A DNA stretch of 64,000 nucleotides from Candidatus Poribacteria bacterium (GTDB lineage: Bacteria > Poribacteria > WGA-4E > GCA-2687025): assembly GCA_028818695.1 (NCBI GenBank), contig JAPPNK010000011.1:72572-136571 (forward strand), written 5' to 3'. Numbering within the stretch: position 1 is the first letter of the stretch; the number at the start of each line of letters is the position of its first letter. Below the pieces are notes generated by a model. The model worked only from the letters and a program-made list of their open reading frames with translations. It ran no database searches and was not told the origin of the DNA. Shown piece by piece: positions 9,723-19,039 of the stretch. A program made the position numbers and the translations under genes.

Positions 9723-9751
9723 TTGCGCGCGCCTGCAACTTGCTCTACAAT
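9723..9751 (+). promoter_or_regulatory. Candidate sigma70 promoter for SBP7 (TTGCGC-17-TACAAT)
   Basis: -35 TTGCGC at 9723-9728, 17-nt spacer, -10 TACAAT at 9746-9751. Gives a roughly 85-nt leader containing a small uORF. Confidence 0.4.
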
Positions 9752-9781
9752 ACGAAGGCTGGTATTTTCATTGAAGATCGT

Positions 9782-9847
9782 ATGGAAAACAGGCAACAGC
9801 AAACGGTTCAAACGATCCAGTGTGAAAACAAGAAAGAAAACGCATGA
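9782..9847 (+). other. 21-codon upstream ORF (MENRQQQTVQTIQCENKKENA) whose TGA overlaps the ATG of SBP7 (ATGA)
   Basis: In-frame ATG...TGA read directly. The stop overlaps the 9844 start codon. Lies downstream of the candidate promoter. Possible leader peptide or translational coupling. Confidence 0.25.
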
Positions 9848-11121
9848 ACGCAACAACTGACCGCAAATTCAAATCGCTGCGACGAATAATCACAGCAACG
9901 CTCACATCTCTGTTTCTAGCCGCAGCTTTTACAAGCTGCGACGATCTGAGGTCGATCCTGGACCCGCAGGAGCCGGCGCCGGTCTCGACGCTCAAGATCG
10001 GCGTCATTCAGCCTCCTCAATTTTACAGCAGTTTCGCGCGCGGGGCGGAGATCGCGCGGATGGAGATCAACGCAGCCGGCGGCGTTCTTGGGATGCCGGT
10101 CGAGTTTGTCATCCGCGACAACCAAGGGACAGATATTTTCCCAACGCCGGAAAGTACGATCTATGCGGCGCATGATCTGGTCGAAAACGAGAACGTTGTT
10201 GCGATTCTCGGTCCCATCTTTTCAACCAACTCGGTGGCGCTCGGCGCAAAATTGACCGAAGCGGGCATTGACATTCCGATTTTGCCGGGGGCTACCTCCG
10301 CTTCGGTGCCGCATTCGTACTCCCATTTTGTGCTGGCGGGCGCAAATAACCTGCATCAAGCAAACGTTCTGGCGAATTTCGCCTTGACGGAGCTAGGCAC
10401 CCGTTCCGTCGGCATCGCGCTGATGGCGGGCGACGAATACACGCGCGTCACGACAGAAGGTTTCATCAGCGATTTTGAAGCGGGCGGCGGAGAAATTGTG
10501 TCTGTCGCCACCTATGAGGTCGGCACAACCGACTTCGGACCGCAAATCAAAGTTCTCATGGCGGGCGATCCCGAAGCGATCTTCCTCCCCAGTTTCCCTC
10601 CTGAGGTTCCGAATTTTATTGAGCAGGCGATCGCGATGGGTTACACCGGTCAGTTCCTCGGCGCCGACGGGTGGGACGACGTCGCTGGATTCTACAGCGT
10701 CCTGGACGACAATACGCTGATGGACGGATCCTACTACATCGCCAACTTCTTCCCTGGCAGCGGCGATCCAGTAGCAAACGCCTTTGCCGACGCGTTCATG
10801 GCCGCCTACAACGTGCTGTCCGACAGCTCTGGAGCGGCAGGTTACGACAGCATGAGGCTTCTCGCCCATGCCATCGAAATGGCTGCGGGCGAGATGGGCG
10901 GAATGGACGGCGAAACAATGACGCCGGATGCGGACGCCATTCTTGCGGCTCTGCTGGATGTGCAAAATTACCAAGGCGCAACCATGATTTCCCACTTCGA
11001 TGAGAACCGCCTCGCCGTCAAAGACTACAACATCCTGACAATTCAGGACGGCATGCCGGCGTTCTATAAAGCATGGGATTCAAGCGGCGGCATGGGAGAC
11101 GGCGCAGACCAGGGCGAATAG
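9844..11121 (+). CDS. ABC-type substrate-binding lipoprotein, LivK family, subfamily C
   Basis: Lipobox FTSC. Co-linear with the 6797 and 8356 copies. Confidence 0.85.
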   Translation: MNATTDRKFKSLRRIITATLTSLFLAAAFTSCDDLRSILDPQEPAPVSTLKIGVIQPPQFYSSFARGAEIARMEINAAGGVLGMPVEFVIRDNQGTDIFPTPESTIYAAHDLVENENVVAILGPIFSTNSVALGAKLTEAGIDIPILPGATSASVPHSYSHFVLAGANNLHQANVLANFALTELGTRSVGIALMAGDEYTRVTTEGFISDFEAGGGEIVSVATYEVGTTDFGPQIKVLMAGDPEAIFLPSFPPEVPNFIEQAIAMGYTGQFLGADGWDDVAGFYSVLDDNTLMDGSYYIANFFPGSGDPVANAFADAFMAAYNVLSDSSGAAGYDSMRLLAHAIEMAAGEMGGMDGETMTPDADAILAALLDVQNYQGATMISHFDENRLAVKDYNILTIQDGMPAFYKAWDSSGGMGDGADQGE

Positions 11122-11200
11122 CCTCGCCGTATGTCTCGCGCAGCATAAACAGGTCGGTCGGCTAAATCTATCTATTTCGCCGACCGCTTTCACCGCCTCA

Positions 11201-11905
11201 TCAACGCCGCAGACGAAATCGCCCCGCTTCATAGATGGGAAGGACGGGCGCGGCGTCTATTTGCGCGGCATAGTCAATGTCGCGTTCATAACCGAAGCGC
11301 AGCAGCGTCTGGGCATGCTCTGCCTCGCGGAGAGCGGCGCGCAGATCGCCCCGTCGACTCAACCATAGCGCTTCAGCCGTCCGCGCCGCGTCCGTCAGGC
11401 GGTCAAAGGCGCCCTTGATCCGATGAACGCACGCCCCGGCAAAGAGCGCGTCGTCCAACGAGAGCCGCCCATGCGTCCCTGCGCATGCGAGCAGCGCGTT
11501 CCCGCAGTCCGCCTCAAGCGCCCGGCACACGGCAGAGATGTTGATGAAGGCGCCCGCAAACAAGCGCCTCGCTCCTTCGGCGGCGCGGATGAGGCGCGTC
11601 CCGTTCGTCGTGGTGAAGCAGATCGTCCTGCCTTCAACAACGGCGCGCGTGTATTCCAGCGGCGAGTTGCCAAGATCGAACCCGTCCAGTTTGACGTTGC
11701 CGCGTTCTCCGCCCAAGAGCGTCTCTCCACAGTCGCCGCGCATTTCTACAGCCTCTTCGGGCGACAGCGCCGGCGCGACCGCCTCCGCTCCGTTTGCCAG
11801 AGCCGCCGCGATGGTTGAGGTCGCGCGAAGGATGTCGATCGCGGCGACAGCGCCGTCGGCGTCCAAATCGACTCGCGTTGCGTCTAAATACAGCAGAACG
11901 TCCAA
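11201..11905 (-). CDS. comB: 2-phosphosulfolactate phosphatase (ComB) family protein
   Basis: The C-terminal roughly 235 aa of the 555-aa minus ORF carry the ComB hallmarks: IDILRATSTI, LLGGERGNVKLDGFDLGNSP and TTTNGTRLI. A TTG start near 11905 or 11914 sits behind GGAAAGGGAG. The N-terminal remainder is a spurious extension that overlaps a plus-strand gene. Confidence 0.65.
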   Translation of the reverse strand: MDVLLYLDATRVDLDADGAVAAIDILRATSTIAAALANGAEAVAPALSPEEAVEMRGDCGETLLGGERGNVKLDGFDLGNSPLEYTRAVVEGRTICFTTTNGTRLIRAAEGARRLFAGAFINISAVCRALEADCGNALLACAGTHGRLSLDDALFAGACVHRIKGAFDRLTDAARTAEALWLSRRGDLRAALREAEHAQTLLRFGYERDIDYAAQIDAAPVLPIYEAGRFRLRR

Positions 11906-12025
11906 TGTTCTCAAAGGCTCCCTTTCCGTGCATCCTGCATAAAAGTATAGCCTGACCGCGCCGTCCCGTTCAGTTGACGCGCGGCGCTGCCCAATATATG
12001 CTAACGTCGTTGAAAGGAGCGGCAG

Positions 12026-13297
12026 TTGAGCGGCGGTCGAACGATGCGCATCGGTCTCGTCGGCGTCGGTATGTTCGGGGGCGATGTCCATCTGCGCACA
12101 TACGCCGACCTTGTTCGCAACGGCATTGCGCCGTATCTGGGACGGCTGGCGATGGATGAGCATGCGCGCTCCTTCGCCGGCATTCGTTTTGAGCTGCGCG
12201 CCGTCGCCGCAAGATCCGAAGAAAGCGCCCAGCGCGCCGCAGACACTTTCCACGCCTGGACAGGAAATCGACCCGACTCCTTTTTTGGGGATACGCCTTG
12301 GGAGACGATGCTGGACGCCTTCCCCGATCTCGACATACTCGCCGTCGCGACGCCCGACCATCTCCATGCGCCGCCCGCTCTCCACGCGCTCAACAGGGGC
12401 GTCCATGTCATACTTGAAAAGCCGATGACGCTCCGCATGAGCGAGGCGGATGAAATACTGAACGCCGCCCGATCCAACGGCCGCATCGTTGGGATGGACA
12501 TGCACAAGCGTTACGACCCCGACCATCTGCGCATCTTCAGCGCCTTGACGGAGCAGATTGGGCAGCCGCTTTTTGGGCGCGCTGTTCTTGAAGAGCCGCT
12601 GGAGGTTTCCACAAAAACCTTCAAATGGGCGGCGCAAAGCGATCCGTTCAGCTATGTCGGCGTCCACTGGACAGACCTGTTCATCCATTACTGGCGCGTC
12701 AAGCCGAGGTCGGTCTTCGCGGTCGGGCAGAAGGTGAAACTGATTGGCGAATACAACATTGACGCCTACGACGCCGTCCAGGTGAGCGTCCTTTTCGACA
12801 ACGGCGCGCATGTGCAGTTCAACAACCACTGGATTCTCCCTCCCGACTTTGAGGGACCCGTCAACCAAGAAAGCGAAATTTTAGGCTCCCGCGGCAAGAT
12901 CGAATCGGATAGTCAATACCGCGGCCTGCGCTATTTCATTGAAGGCGAAGGAACGCGCACCGCCAATACTCACATGACGCGGCAGATACAACGCGCAGAC
13001 GGCTCCGAGACGACCGTCGGATACGGAAAAGACAGCCTCATCGCATGCGCCGCCGCTGTCGCCCGCCATCGATTCAACGGCGAGACGATCCGCTCTTTAA
13101 AAGGAACCTACTCCGACGGCGAAGACGGTCGACTCTCCGTCGCTGTCGTCGAAGCGGCGCGGGAAACGCGCGACCTGAATTTCCGCCACTTCAAAGACGG
13201 ACGGGGAACGCCCGCGACCGCGCTTCTGAACGAAGAAGGCATTTTGATATACGACCCGATCGGCGGAAACCGCCGCGTCTACGGCGGGAAGATATGA
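12026..13297 (+). CDS. Gfo/Idh/MocA family NAD(P)-dependent oxidoreductase
   Basis: N-terminal Rossmann motif RIGLVGVGMFGG, plus ILAVATPDHLHAP and EKPM motifs. TTG start at 12026 behind AAAGGAG; an alternative ATG lies at 12044. Confidence 0.8.
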   Translation: MSGGRTMRIGLVGVGMFGGDVHLRTYADLVRNGIAPYLGRLAMDEHARSFAGIRFELRAVAARSEESAQRAADTFHAWTGNRPDSFFGDTPWETMLDAFPDLDILAVATPDHLHAPPALHALNRGVHVILEKPMTLRMSEADEILNAARSNGRIVGMDMHKRYDPDHLRIFSALTEQIGQPLFGRAVLEEPLEVSTKTFKWAAQSDPFSYVGVHWTDLFIHYWRVKPRSVFAVGQKVKLIGEYNIDAYDAVQVSVLFDNGAHVQFNNHWILPPDFEGPVNQESEILGSRGKIESDSQYRGLRYFIEGEGTRTANTHMTRQIQRADGSETTVGYGKDSLIACAAAVARHRFNGETIRSLKGTYSDGEDGRLSVAVVEAARETRDLNFRHFKDGRGTPATALLNEEGILIYDPIGGNRRVYGGKI

Positions 13298-14577
13298 GCA
13301 TGCGTCCGCGCGAGCCGAAATCGGACGCGGCGCGGGAAAAGCTGCGCCGTTATGTGCCGATCGGACATAAAACCTACACGCCGTCGCAGCTGGTTGTTCA
13401 GCGGGCGGAGGGTTGCTGGATGGAAACGCCGGAAGGACGCCGGTTGATCGACTTCACATCGGGCGTCTTGACGGCGAATCTGGGGCATGGACATGCGGCG
13501 TTTGAGGAGGCGTACGCCCGCTATACTCAAGGCGCGCCGCGCAACTGCTACAACGCCGTCTCGCCCCTTGAGCCGATGGCGGCGGAACGGCTGACCGCCA
13601 ACATGAACGCCCCCAAAATGCAGAAGGTTCTCTGGGCTGATTCAGGCTCGGCGGGCGTTATCAAGGCGATCTGGTGCGCCCAGCATGCGCGCCCAGACAG
13701 GCGACTCATCTTGGCGACGCGGGACGGCTTCCATGGCAAAAAAGGCCTCGCGGGCGACGTCACGGGCGACACAAGCCCTAACCCCGACGTCGTCTTCATC
13801 TCCTTCCCGCGCAAAGAGGCGTACGACATCGACATGCTCCCGCAAACGGAGGCGCTGGCGGAAACGCTCATCAAACCGTACCGCGCCGAGCTGGAGCGCG
13901 TCCAACAAGAACGCGGCAACCCGCTGCTGCTCATCACCGAGCCGTATCTGGGGGCGGCGGGGTCGTTTCATCCCCCCTTCTGGCATCTCAAACTGCTGTC
14001 CGACTGGTGCGCCGAAAACGATGTTCTTTTCATTTTAGACGAGGTGCAGTCGTGCCACGGACGGACAGGCGACATGTATGCGTATCAGCGGTATGGAATC
14101 GACCCGGACATCGTCGTGTTAGGAAAAGGCTTAGGGAACGGCGAGCCGGTCGCGGCGGTCGTCGGCAGATCAGACCTGCTCGATTCGTTGAAGTTCGGCG
14201 AGGCGTCCGACACTTTCAGCGGCAACCCGCGCGCCTGCGCCGCGGTCTTGTCCGCGCTGGATGTGTTTGAAACGGAGCCTATTTTGGAAAATTGCAGGCG
14301 CATGTCGGAGCGGATGAAGGCGGGCTTATGCGCCTTGCGGGACGAGTTTGACGCGGCGCGCGCCGTGCGCGGCGAAGGACTTGTCTGGGGACTGGAGATG
14401 CGAAGCCCTGACGACGCTGAAAAAGCGGTTTTAGAATGTTACCGAGAAGGGCTGCATCTGCTCGGGCCGCTGGCGGGAAAAACGCTGCGCGTGTCGCCCC
14501 CGCTTGTTATATCGGAGGCGGAGCTGGATGAAGGGCTGGCGCGGATGCGGCGCGGATTGTCGGCGCTTCAAGCATGA
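13294..14577 (+). CDS. Class III (aspartate aminotransferase fold) PLP-dependent aminotransferase
   Basis: Start at the ATG at 13294, giving an ATGA overlap with the upstream stop. Motifs LTANLGHGH, DEVQSCHGRTGDMYAYQ and VLGKGLGNG (the PLP lysine region). The 13045-13293 extension is Arg-rich junk. Confidence 0.8.
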   Translation: MSMRPREPKSDAAREKLRRYVPIGHKTYTPSQLVVQRAEGCWMETPEGRRLIDFTSGVLTANLGHGHAAFEEAYARYTQGAPRNCYNAVSPLEPMAAERLTANMNAPKMQKVLWADSGSAGVIKAIWCAQHARPDRRLILATRDGFHGKKGLAGDVTGDTSPNPDVVFISFPRKEAYDIDMLPQTEALAETLIKPYRAELERVQQERGNPLLLITEPYLGAAGSFHPPFWHLKLLSDWCAENDVLFILDEVQSCHGRTGDMYAYQRYGIDPDIVVLGKGLGNGEPVAAVVGRSDLLDSLKFGEASDTFSGNPRACAAVLSALDVFETEPILENCRRMSERMKAGLCALRDEFDAARAVRGEGLVWGLEMRSPDDAEKAVLECYREGLHLLGPLAGKTLRVSPPLVISEAELDEGLARMRRGLSALQA

Positions 14578-14592
14578 AAGGAGCCAAGCCGC

Positions 14593-15375
14593 ATGGATGA
14601 ACAGCCGAAACGGACGCTCTTAGAAGCATTTGAGCGGCTCGCCGACATCATAGAGATTCTGCGCGCGCCCGGCGGCTGCCCGTGGGACAGAGAGCAGACG
14701 CATGCGTCGCTTCAACCGTGCCTCATCGAAGAGGTTCACGAAGCGGTTGAGGCGATTGACGAAGAAAACATGGACGCGCTGGAGGAGGAGCTGGGCGATC
14801 TGTTGACGCTCATCGCGCTTCATGCGCAGATCGCCGCGGAGGCGGAGGAATTTACTCTGTTGAGTCTCTTGAACAAAAACAACGCGAAACTGATTCGGCG
14901 GCATGCCCATGTGTTCGGCGAACGGAAAGCAGAGACTGCCGCAGACGCGCTCAACAGCTGGGAGCGCGTTAAGCGGAGCGAGCCGGGTTATGAAAGCCGC
15001 GCAAGCGCGCTGGACGGCGTCCCGAAGAGCCTGCCCGCGCTCATGGCGGCGTCCGCCCTTCAAAAAAAAGCGGCGCGCGCGGGCTTTGAATGGCGGGACG
15101 CCTCAAGCCGAGGCGACTCTAAAATACAGCTAAAGCTGAATTCCGATGACCCGGTTGAAGAGATTCAGAAAAAGATTGGCGAGGCGCTGTTTGAGCTGGC
15201 AAGCGCAGCGCGGCTCTTGGGCGTTGATCCTGAAGCGGCTTTGCGGCAGGCGAATGCGCAGTTTCAACGCCGATTCCGCGAAATAGAAAAGATGCGAGAC
15301 GACGCGGAAAGGGAAGACGCCTCATTTGCGGAACTATGGAAACGCGCTAAGGAAGGCGGGGAAGATGCGGATTAA
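14593..15375 (+). CDS. mazG: MazG nucleoside triphosphate pyrophosphohydrolase
   Basis: Motifs LRAPGGCPWDREQTH and EEVHEAVEAID typical of the MazG family. Confidence 0.85.
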   Translation: MDEQPKRTLLEAFERLADIIEILRAPGGCPWDREQTHASLQPCLIEEVHEAVEAIDEENMDALEEELGDLLTLIALHAQIAAEAEEFTLLSLLNKNNAKLIRRHAHVFGERKAETAADALNSWERVKRSEPGYESRASALDGVPKSLPALMAASALQKKAARAGFEWRDASSRGDSKIQLKLNSDDPVEEIQKKIGEALFELASAARLLGVDPEAALRQANAQFQRRFREIEKMRDDAEREDASFAELWKRAKEGGEDAD

Positions 15376-17002
15376 ACGGCTCCTCATGGCTGCGCTCATA
15401 GCGTCGGCGTTTAGCGGCTGCGGCGGAGACGATGAGCCGCCTGAAATTCCCCCGCTCCGTTTTGTTGAAACGGCGCGCGAGGCAGGCATTGACTTCGTCT
15501 CCGAATACCGCGACGGCCAGCTGGACATGATCCCCGAGACGATGGGCGGAGGCGCCGCATGGCTAGACTACGACAACGACGGCGACTGGGACCTTTACAT
15601 CACCGCCGGAAGCGGACAGCCGAACGCGCTCTACCAAAACAACGGCGACGGAACCTTCAACGAAATCGGCGAACAAGCGGGCGTCAACAGCCTCGCGGTC
15701 AGCATGGGAGCCGCGGCGGCAGACTACAACGGCGACGGATGGACAGACCTGTTCGTCACAAACTACGACGGCGCGGACATCCTCTACCGCAACAACGGCG
15801 ACGGCACATTCACAGACAAGACGGCGGAAGCGGGCGTCGAAGGCGGGGCGGACGATTGGAGCGCCTCCGCCGCCTGGGCAGATTTTGACAACGACGGCGA
15901 TCTAGACCTGTATGTCGTCCGCTATCTCCTTTTTAGCGAGGAAGAAGCTGTCTATACGTTGTATCCTGCTGAGGATGAGAAATACCCATCGACGCTCAAC
16001 CCCTACCTGTATCCAGCCCAGGCAAACGCGCTTTACCGCAACGACGGCGGGGGGCGGTTCACCGAGACCACTGAGCAAGCGGGCGTGTCGAATCCAGAAG
16101 GGAAAAGCCTCGGCGCCGTCTTCTGCGACTATGACAACGACGGCGACCTGGACCTGTTCGTCGCCAACGATGTGTCCGTCAATGTTCTGTTTAAAAACAA
16201 CGGCGGCGCCTTTGAGAATGTCTCCTTCCTGACAGGGCTGGACGATCCGAGGCAAGGCATGGGCGTCGACTTTGGCGACTTTGACAATGACGGCGACTTC
16301 GACCTGTTCGCAACCTATTGGATAGACGAAATGAACGGCTTTTACCGCAACAACTCGATACGTTCGGACGCTCCGCCTTCCGACAGCTTCGACGACATCG
16401 CGCAGGAGATCGGGCTGGGCGCGCCGAGCGTCGGGTTCACCAGTTGGGGAGCTGTCTTAGCCGACTTCGACCTGGACGGCGACCTAGACCTGCTCTACGC
16501 CAACGGACATACCAGCCCCGGGCCGGAGGACCCTTCCGTCTGCGAGGCTCAGCGGGCGCAGGTTTTTCGAAACGACGACGGACGCTATATCGAAACGCCC
16601 GAAGCGCTTGCCTTCGACGAATGGGGGGCGGGGCGGGGTCTCGCCGCCGCGGACTACGACAACGACGGCGATATGGACGTTCTCATCGTTCAAAACAACG
16701 GGCGCGTTTTGCTTTTTCGAAACGAGAGCGGCGACTGGAGCCGATGCGTGAAGGTTCGGGCGCCCATCGGTTCCCGAATCCAAGCGCGCGTCGGAGACAG
16801 GCGGACTGAACGGGAGATACGCGCCGGCTCCAGTTATCTTTCAACAAACGCGCCGGAAACGCTGATTGCGGTTCCGCCGGGCGGCGTTGTGGAGGAGATC
16901 AAGTGTTTGGGCAAATCGTTGAAGCGTACGCCCGCCGGCAGCGCCGCAACGTTCTATGCGGACGGACGGCCGACTTCGGTTGAAAAAATAACCGGCGATT
17001 GA
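15365..17002 (+). CDS. FG-GAP/VCBS repeat lipoprotein with ASPIC/UnbV C-terminal domain
   Basis: Lipobox FSGC. Multiple DYDNDGD.DL repeats. C-terminal ASPIC/UnbV-like region. Confidence 0.8.
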   Translation: MRIKRLLMAALIASAFSGCGGDDEPPEIPPLRFVETAREAGIDFVSEYRDGQLDMIPETMGGGAAWLDYDNDGDWDLYITAGSGQPNALYQNNGDGTFNEIGEQAGVNSLAVSMGAAAADYNGDGWTDLFVTNYDGADILYRNNGDGTFTDKTAEAGVEGGADDWSASAAWADFDNDGDLDLYVVRYLLFSEEEAVYTLYPAEDEKYPSTLNPYLYPAQANALYRNDGGGRFTETTEQAGVSNPEGKSLGAVFCDYDNDGDLDLFVANDVSVNVLFKNNGGAFENVSFLTGLDDPRQGMGVDFGDFDNDGDFDLFATYWIDEMNGFYRNNSIRSDAPPSDSFDDIAQEIGLGAPSVGFTSWGAVLADFDLDGDLDLLYANGHTSPGPEDPSVCEAQRAQVFRNDDGRYIETPEALAFDEWGAGRGLAAADYDNDGDMDVLIVQNNGRVLLFRNESGDWSRCVKVRAPIGSRIQARVGDRRTEREIRAGSSYLSTNAPETLIAVPPGGVVEEIKCLGKSLKRTPAGSAATFYADGRPTSVEKITGD

Positions 17003-17004
17003 CT

Positions 17005-17185
17005 GACCTCATGCGTAAAGTTGGGACATTTGAACAAATGATCGCTCTATTTATGGGAAAAAGGCGCCGCCAACCAGGCCGTCATTCCCGCGAAAGCGGG
17101 AATCCAGAGGCGCCGCAGAAACCGTCCGCGTTCGCTAGGCGGAATGTCCCAACTGAAGCGCTAAGGTCAGCGATTGACGTTTGAC
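17005..17185. repeat. MITE-like intergenic repeat, copy B
   Basis: GACCTCATGCGTAAAGTTGGGACATT ... AATGTCCCAACTGAAGCGCTAAGGTC terminal inverted repeats. Central ATTCCCGCGAAAGCGGGAAT perfect hairpin with a GAAA loop. Lies between the FG-GAP gene and recA. Confidence 0.6.
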
Positions 17186-17241
17186 AAATGGCGTTGAACG
17201 GCGCATGATAACGTGTCGCAGCGAATTGAAAGGAATGCCAT

Positions 17242-18462
17242 ATGGCGCGCAAAAAACGAACGATCATAGAGCCTCCGACGGCAATTTCAGACGCGGAGCA
17301 GCGGGTTGAGGCGATCGATAACACGATATCGCAGATCGAAAAGCGGTACGGCAAGGGCGCGATCATGCGCCTGACAGACGAAAACATAGAGCCGATTGAA
17401 GTGGTGCCAACGGGCGCGCTGTCTCTTGACCTCGCCCTCGGCGTAGGCGGCGTTCCCCGCGGCCGCGTGGTGGAGATCTACGGACCCGAATCGTCCGGAA
17501 AGACGACCTTATGCCTGCATATTTTGGCGGAGGCGCAAAAAAGCGGCGGCACCGCGGCATTTATTGACGCCGAGCATGCCTTCGATAGGTTCTGGGCGAA
17601 GCGCGTCGGAGTGGACCTGGATTCGCTGCTCTTTTCGCAGCCGGACGACGCCGAGCAGTCGCTAGAGATCGTCGAGACGCTGGTGCGAAGCGGCGCACTT
17701 GATTGCATTGTGGTCGACTCCGTGGCGGCGCTCGCCCCGCGCGCCGAGCTGGCGGGCGAAATGGGCGACTCGCATGTCGGCCTTGTGCCTCGCTTGATGT
17801 CGCAGGCGCTGCGCAAGCTGACCGGCGTCATCAGCAAATCGAAGACCTGCGTCATCTTTGTCAATCAGGTTCGGGAAAAGATCGGAATTCTTTTTGGCAA
17901 CCCTGAAACGACGCCCGGCGGCCGCGCGTTGAAGTTCGCCGCGTCGGTCCGCATGGAGATACGCCGCGGCGAACCGATCAAAGAAGGCTCCGAAACGATC
18001 GGCTACCGCACCAGCGTGCGCGTCATCAAGAACAAGGTCGCCCCGCCCTACACGCAGGCAGAGTTCGACATGGAGTTTGCGGGCGGAATCCCAAAGGAAG
18101 GCTCCATTTTGGATGTGGCGGTGGAGTACGATCTCGTTCAAAAATCAGGCTCCTGGTACTCCTACAACGGCGAGCGTCTTGGACAGGGGCGCGAAAACGC
18201 GAAAGCGTTTCTGCGGGGGAACCCGGAGGCAGCCGCGGCGATTGAAGCAAAGGCGCGCGAGGTCATCACAGCCGATCTGGTCGGCGCGAAGGCTGAAGAA
18301 AAAGCGCGCGCTGAATTTGAGGAACGGCTCAACACGCAGACCGAACCCCCGAACCAGACGCATGAAAAGGCTGAGGCTGTCCAGGACCCGGATGAGGACA
18401 TCAGCGACATTGCCGATGTGGTCGACTCCATAGCCGAAACGCAAGCCGAATCGGACAAGTGA
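17242..18462 (+). CDS. recA: Recombinase RecA (with N- and C-terminal extensions)
   Basis: Walker [10 protein letters not shown] and full RecA core. 406 aa with an acidic C-terminal tail. Confidence 0.95.
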   Translation: MARKKRTIIEPPTAISDAEQRVEAIDNTISQIEKRYGKGAIMRLTDENIEPIEVVPTGALSLDLALGVGGVPRGRVVEIYGPESSGKTTLCLHILAEAQKSGGTAAFIDAEHAFDRFWAKRVGVDLDSLLFSQPDDAEQSLEIVETLVRSGALDCIVVDSVAALAPRAELAGEMGDSHVGLVPRLMSQALRKLTGVISKSKTCVIFVNQVREKIGILFGNPETTPGGRALKFAASVRMEIRRGEPIKEGSETIGYRTSVRVIKNKVAPPYTQAEFDMEFAGGIPKEGSILDVAVEYDLVQKSGSWYSYNGERLGQGRENAKAFLRGNPEAAAAIEAKAREVITADLVGAKAEEKARAEFEERLNTQTEPPNQTHEKAEAVQDPDEDISDIADVVDSIAETQAESDK

Positions 18463-18466
18463 GAGC

Positions 18467-19039
18467 TTAAGAAGACAGGCTGACGTCCGATTTGGGGCTT
18501 AGCTGAAGAGACAACTGGCGCCCTTCCATTTTGGGCGCCTGCTCAATCTCGGCGGCGTCTTCCAGAGCTTCGGCAAATTGCATGAGAAGCTGCCTGCCAA
18601 GGTCTTGATGCACAATCTGCCCATGCCGGCGGAAGAAGCTAACCGTAACGCGCACCTTGTTTCCCTGCTTCAGAAACTGCTCGGCGTGTCGAATTCGATA
18701 ACTGATGTCATGCTGCGCCATGTTCTGTTTGAGCCGTATCTCTTTGATTTCGATTCGTTTCTGCGATTTGCGCGCCAGCTTCGCCTTCCGCTCCTGTTCA
18801 TACTGGTATTTTCCGTAGTTCAGGATTCGGCAGACAGGCGGCTTCGCATTCGGAGCCACTTCAACCAGATCAAGGCCTTTTTCTTTTGCAATGTCCAGAG
18901 CTTGGCGCGGCCGCATGATGCCGAGCTGCGTTCCGTCCTCGTCGATCACGCGAACCTCGTAAGCCTGGATGTGTTCATTTGTGCGGGCGCGCGCGTCCCG
19001 CTTTGAGCTGGACGAGCGCTGCGAACGGCTTCTTCTCAT
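18467..19039 (-). CDS. infC: Translation initiation factor IF-3
   Basis: IF-3 N- and C-domain sequence (VRVIDEDGTQLGIM...; RRHGQIVHQDLGRQ). Overlaps the thrS stop by 4 nt. Confidence 0.9.
   Translation of the reverse strand: MRRSRSQRSSSSKRDARARTNEHIQAYEVRVIDEDGTQLGIMRPRQALDIAKEKGLDLVEVAPNAKPPVCRILNYGKYQYEQERKAKLARKSQKRIEIKEIRLKQNMAQHDISYRIRHAEQFLKQGNKVRVTVSFFRRHGQIVHQDLGRQLLMQFAEALEDAAEIEQAPKMEGRQLSLQLSPKSDVSLSS

Noticed and set aside
11906-12868. N-terminal 320 aa of the 555-aa minus-strand ORF upstream of comB
   Set aside because: It overlaps the well-supported plus-strand Gfo/Idh/MocA gene and has no homology signal. Only the C-terminal ComB part is credible. It is the typical high-GC antisense open frame.
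17150-17241. LexA/SOS box upstream of recA
   Set aside because: No CTGT-N8-ACAG or other recognisable palindromic SOS motif. Only a TTGACA with a poor -10 was seen.
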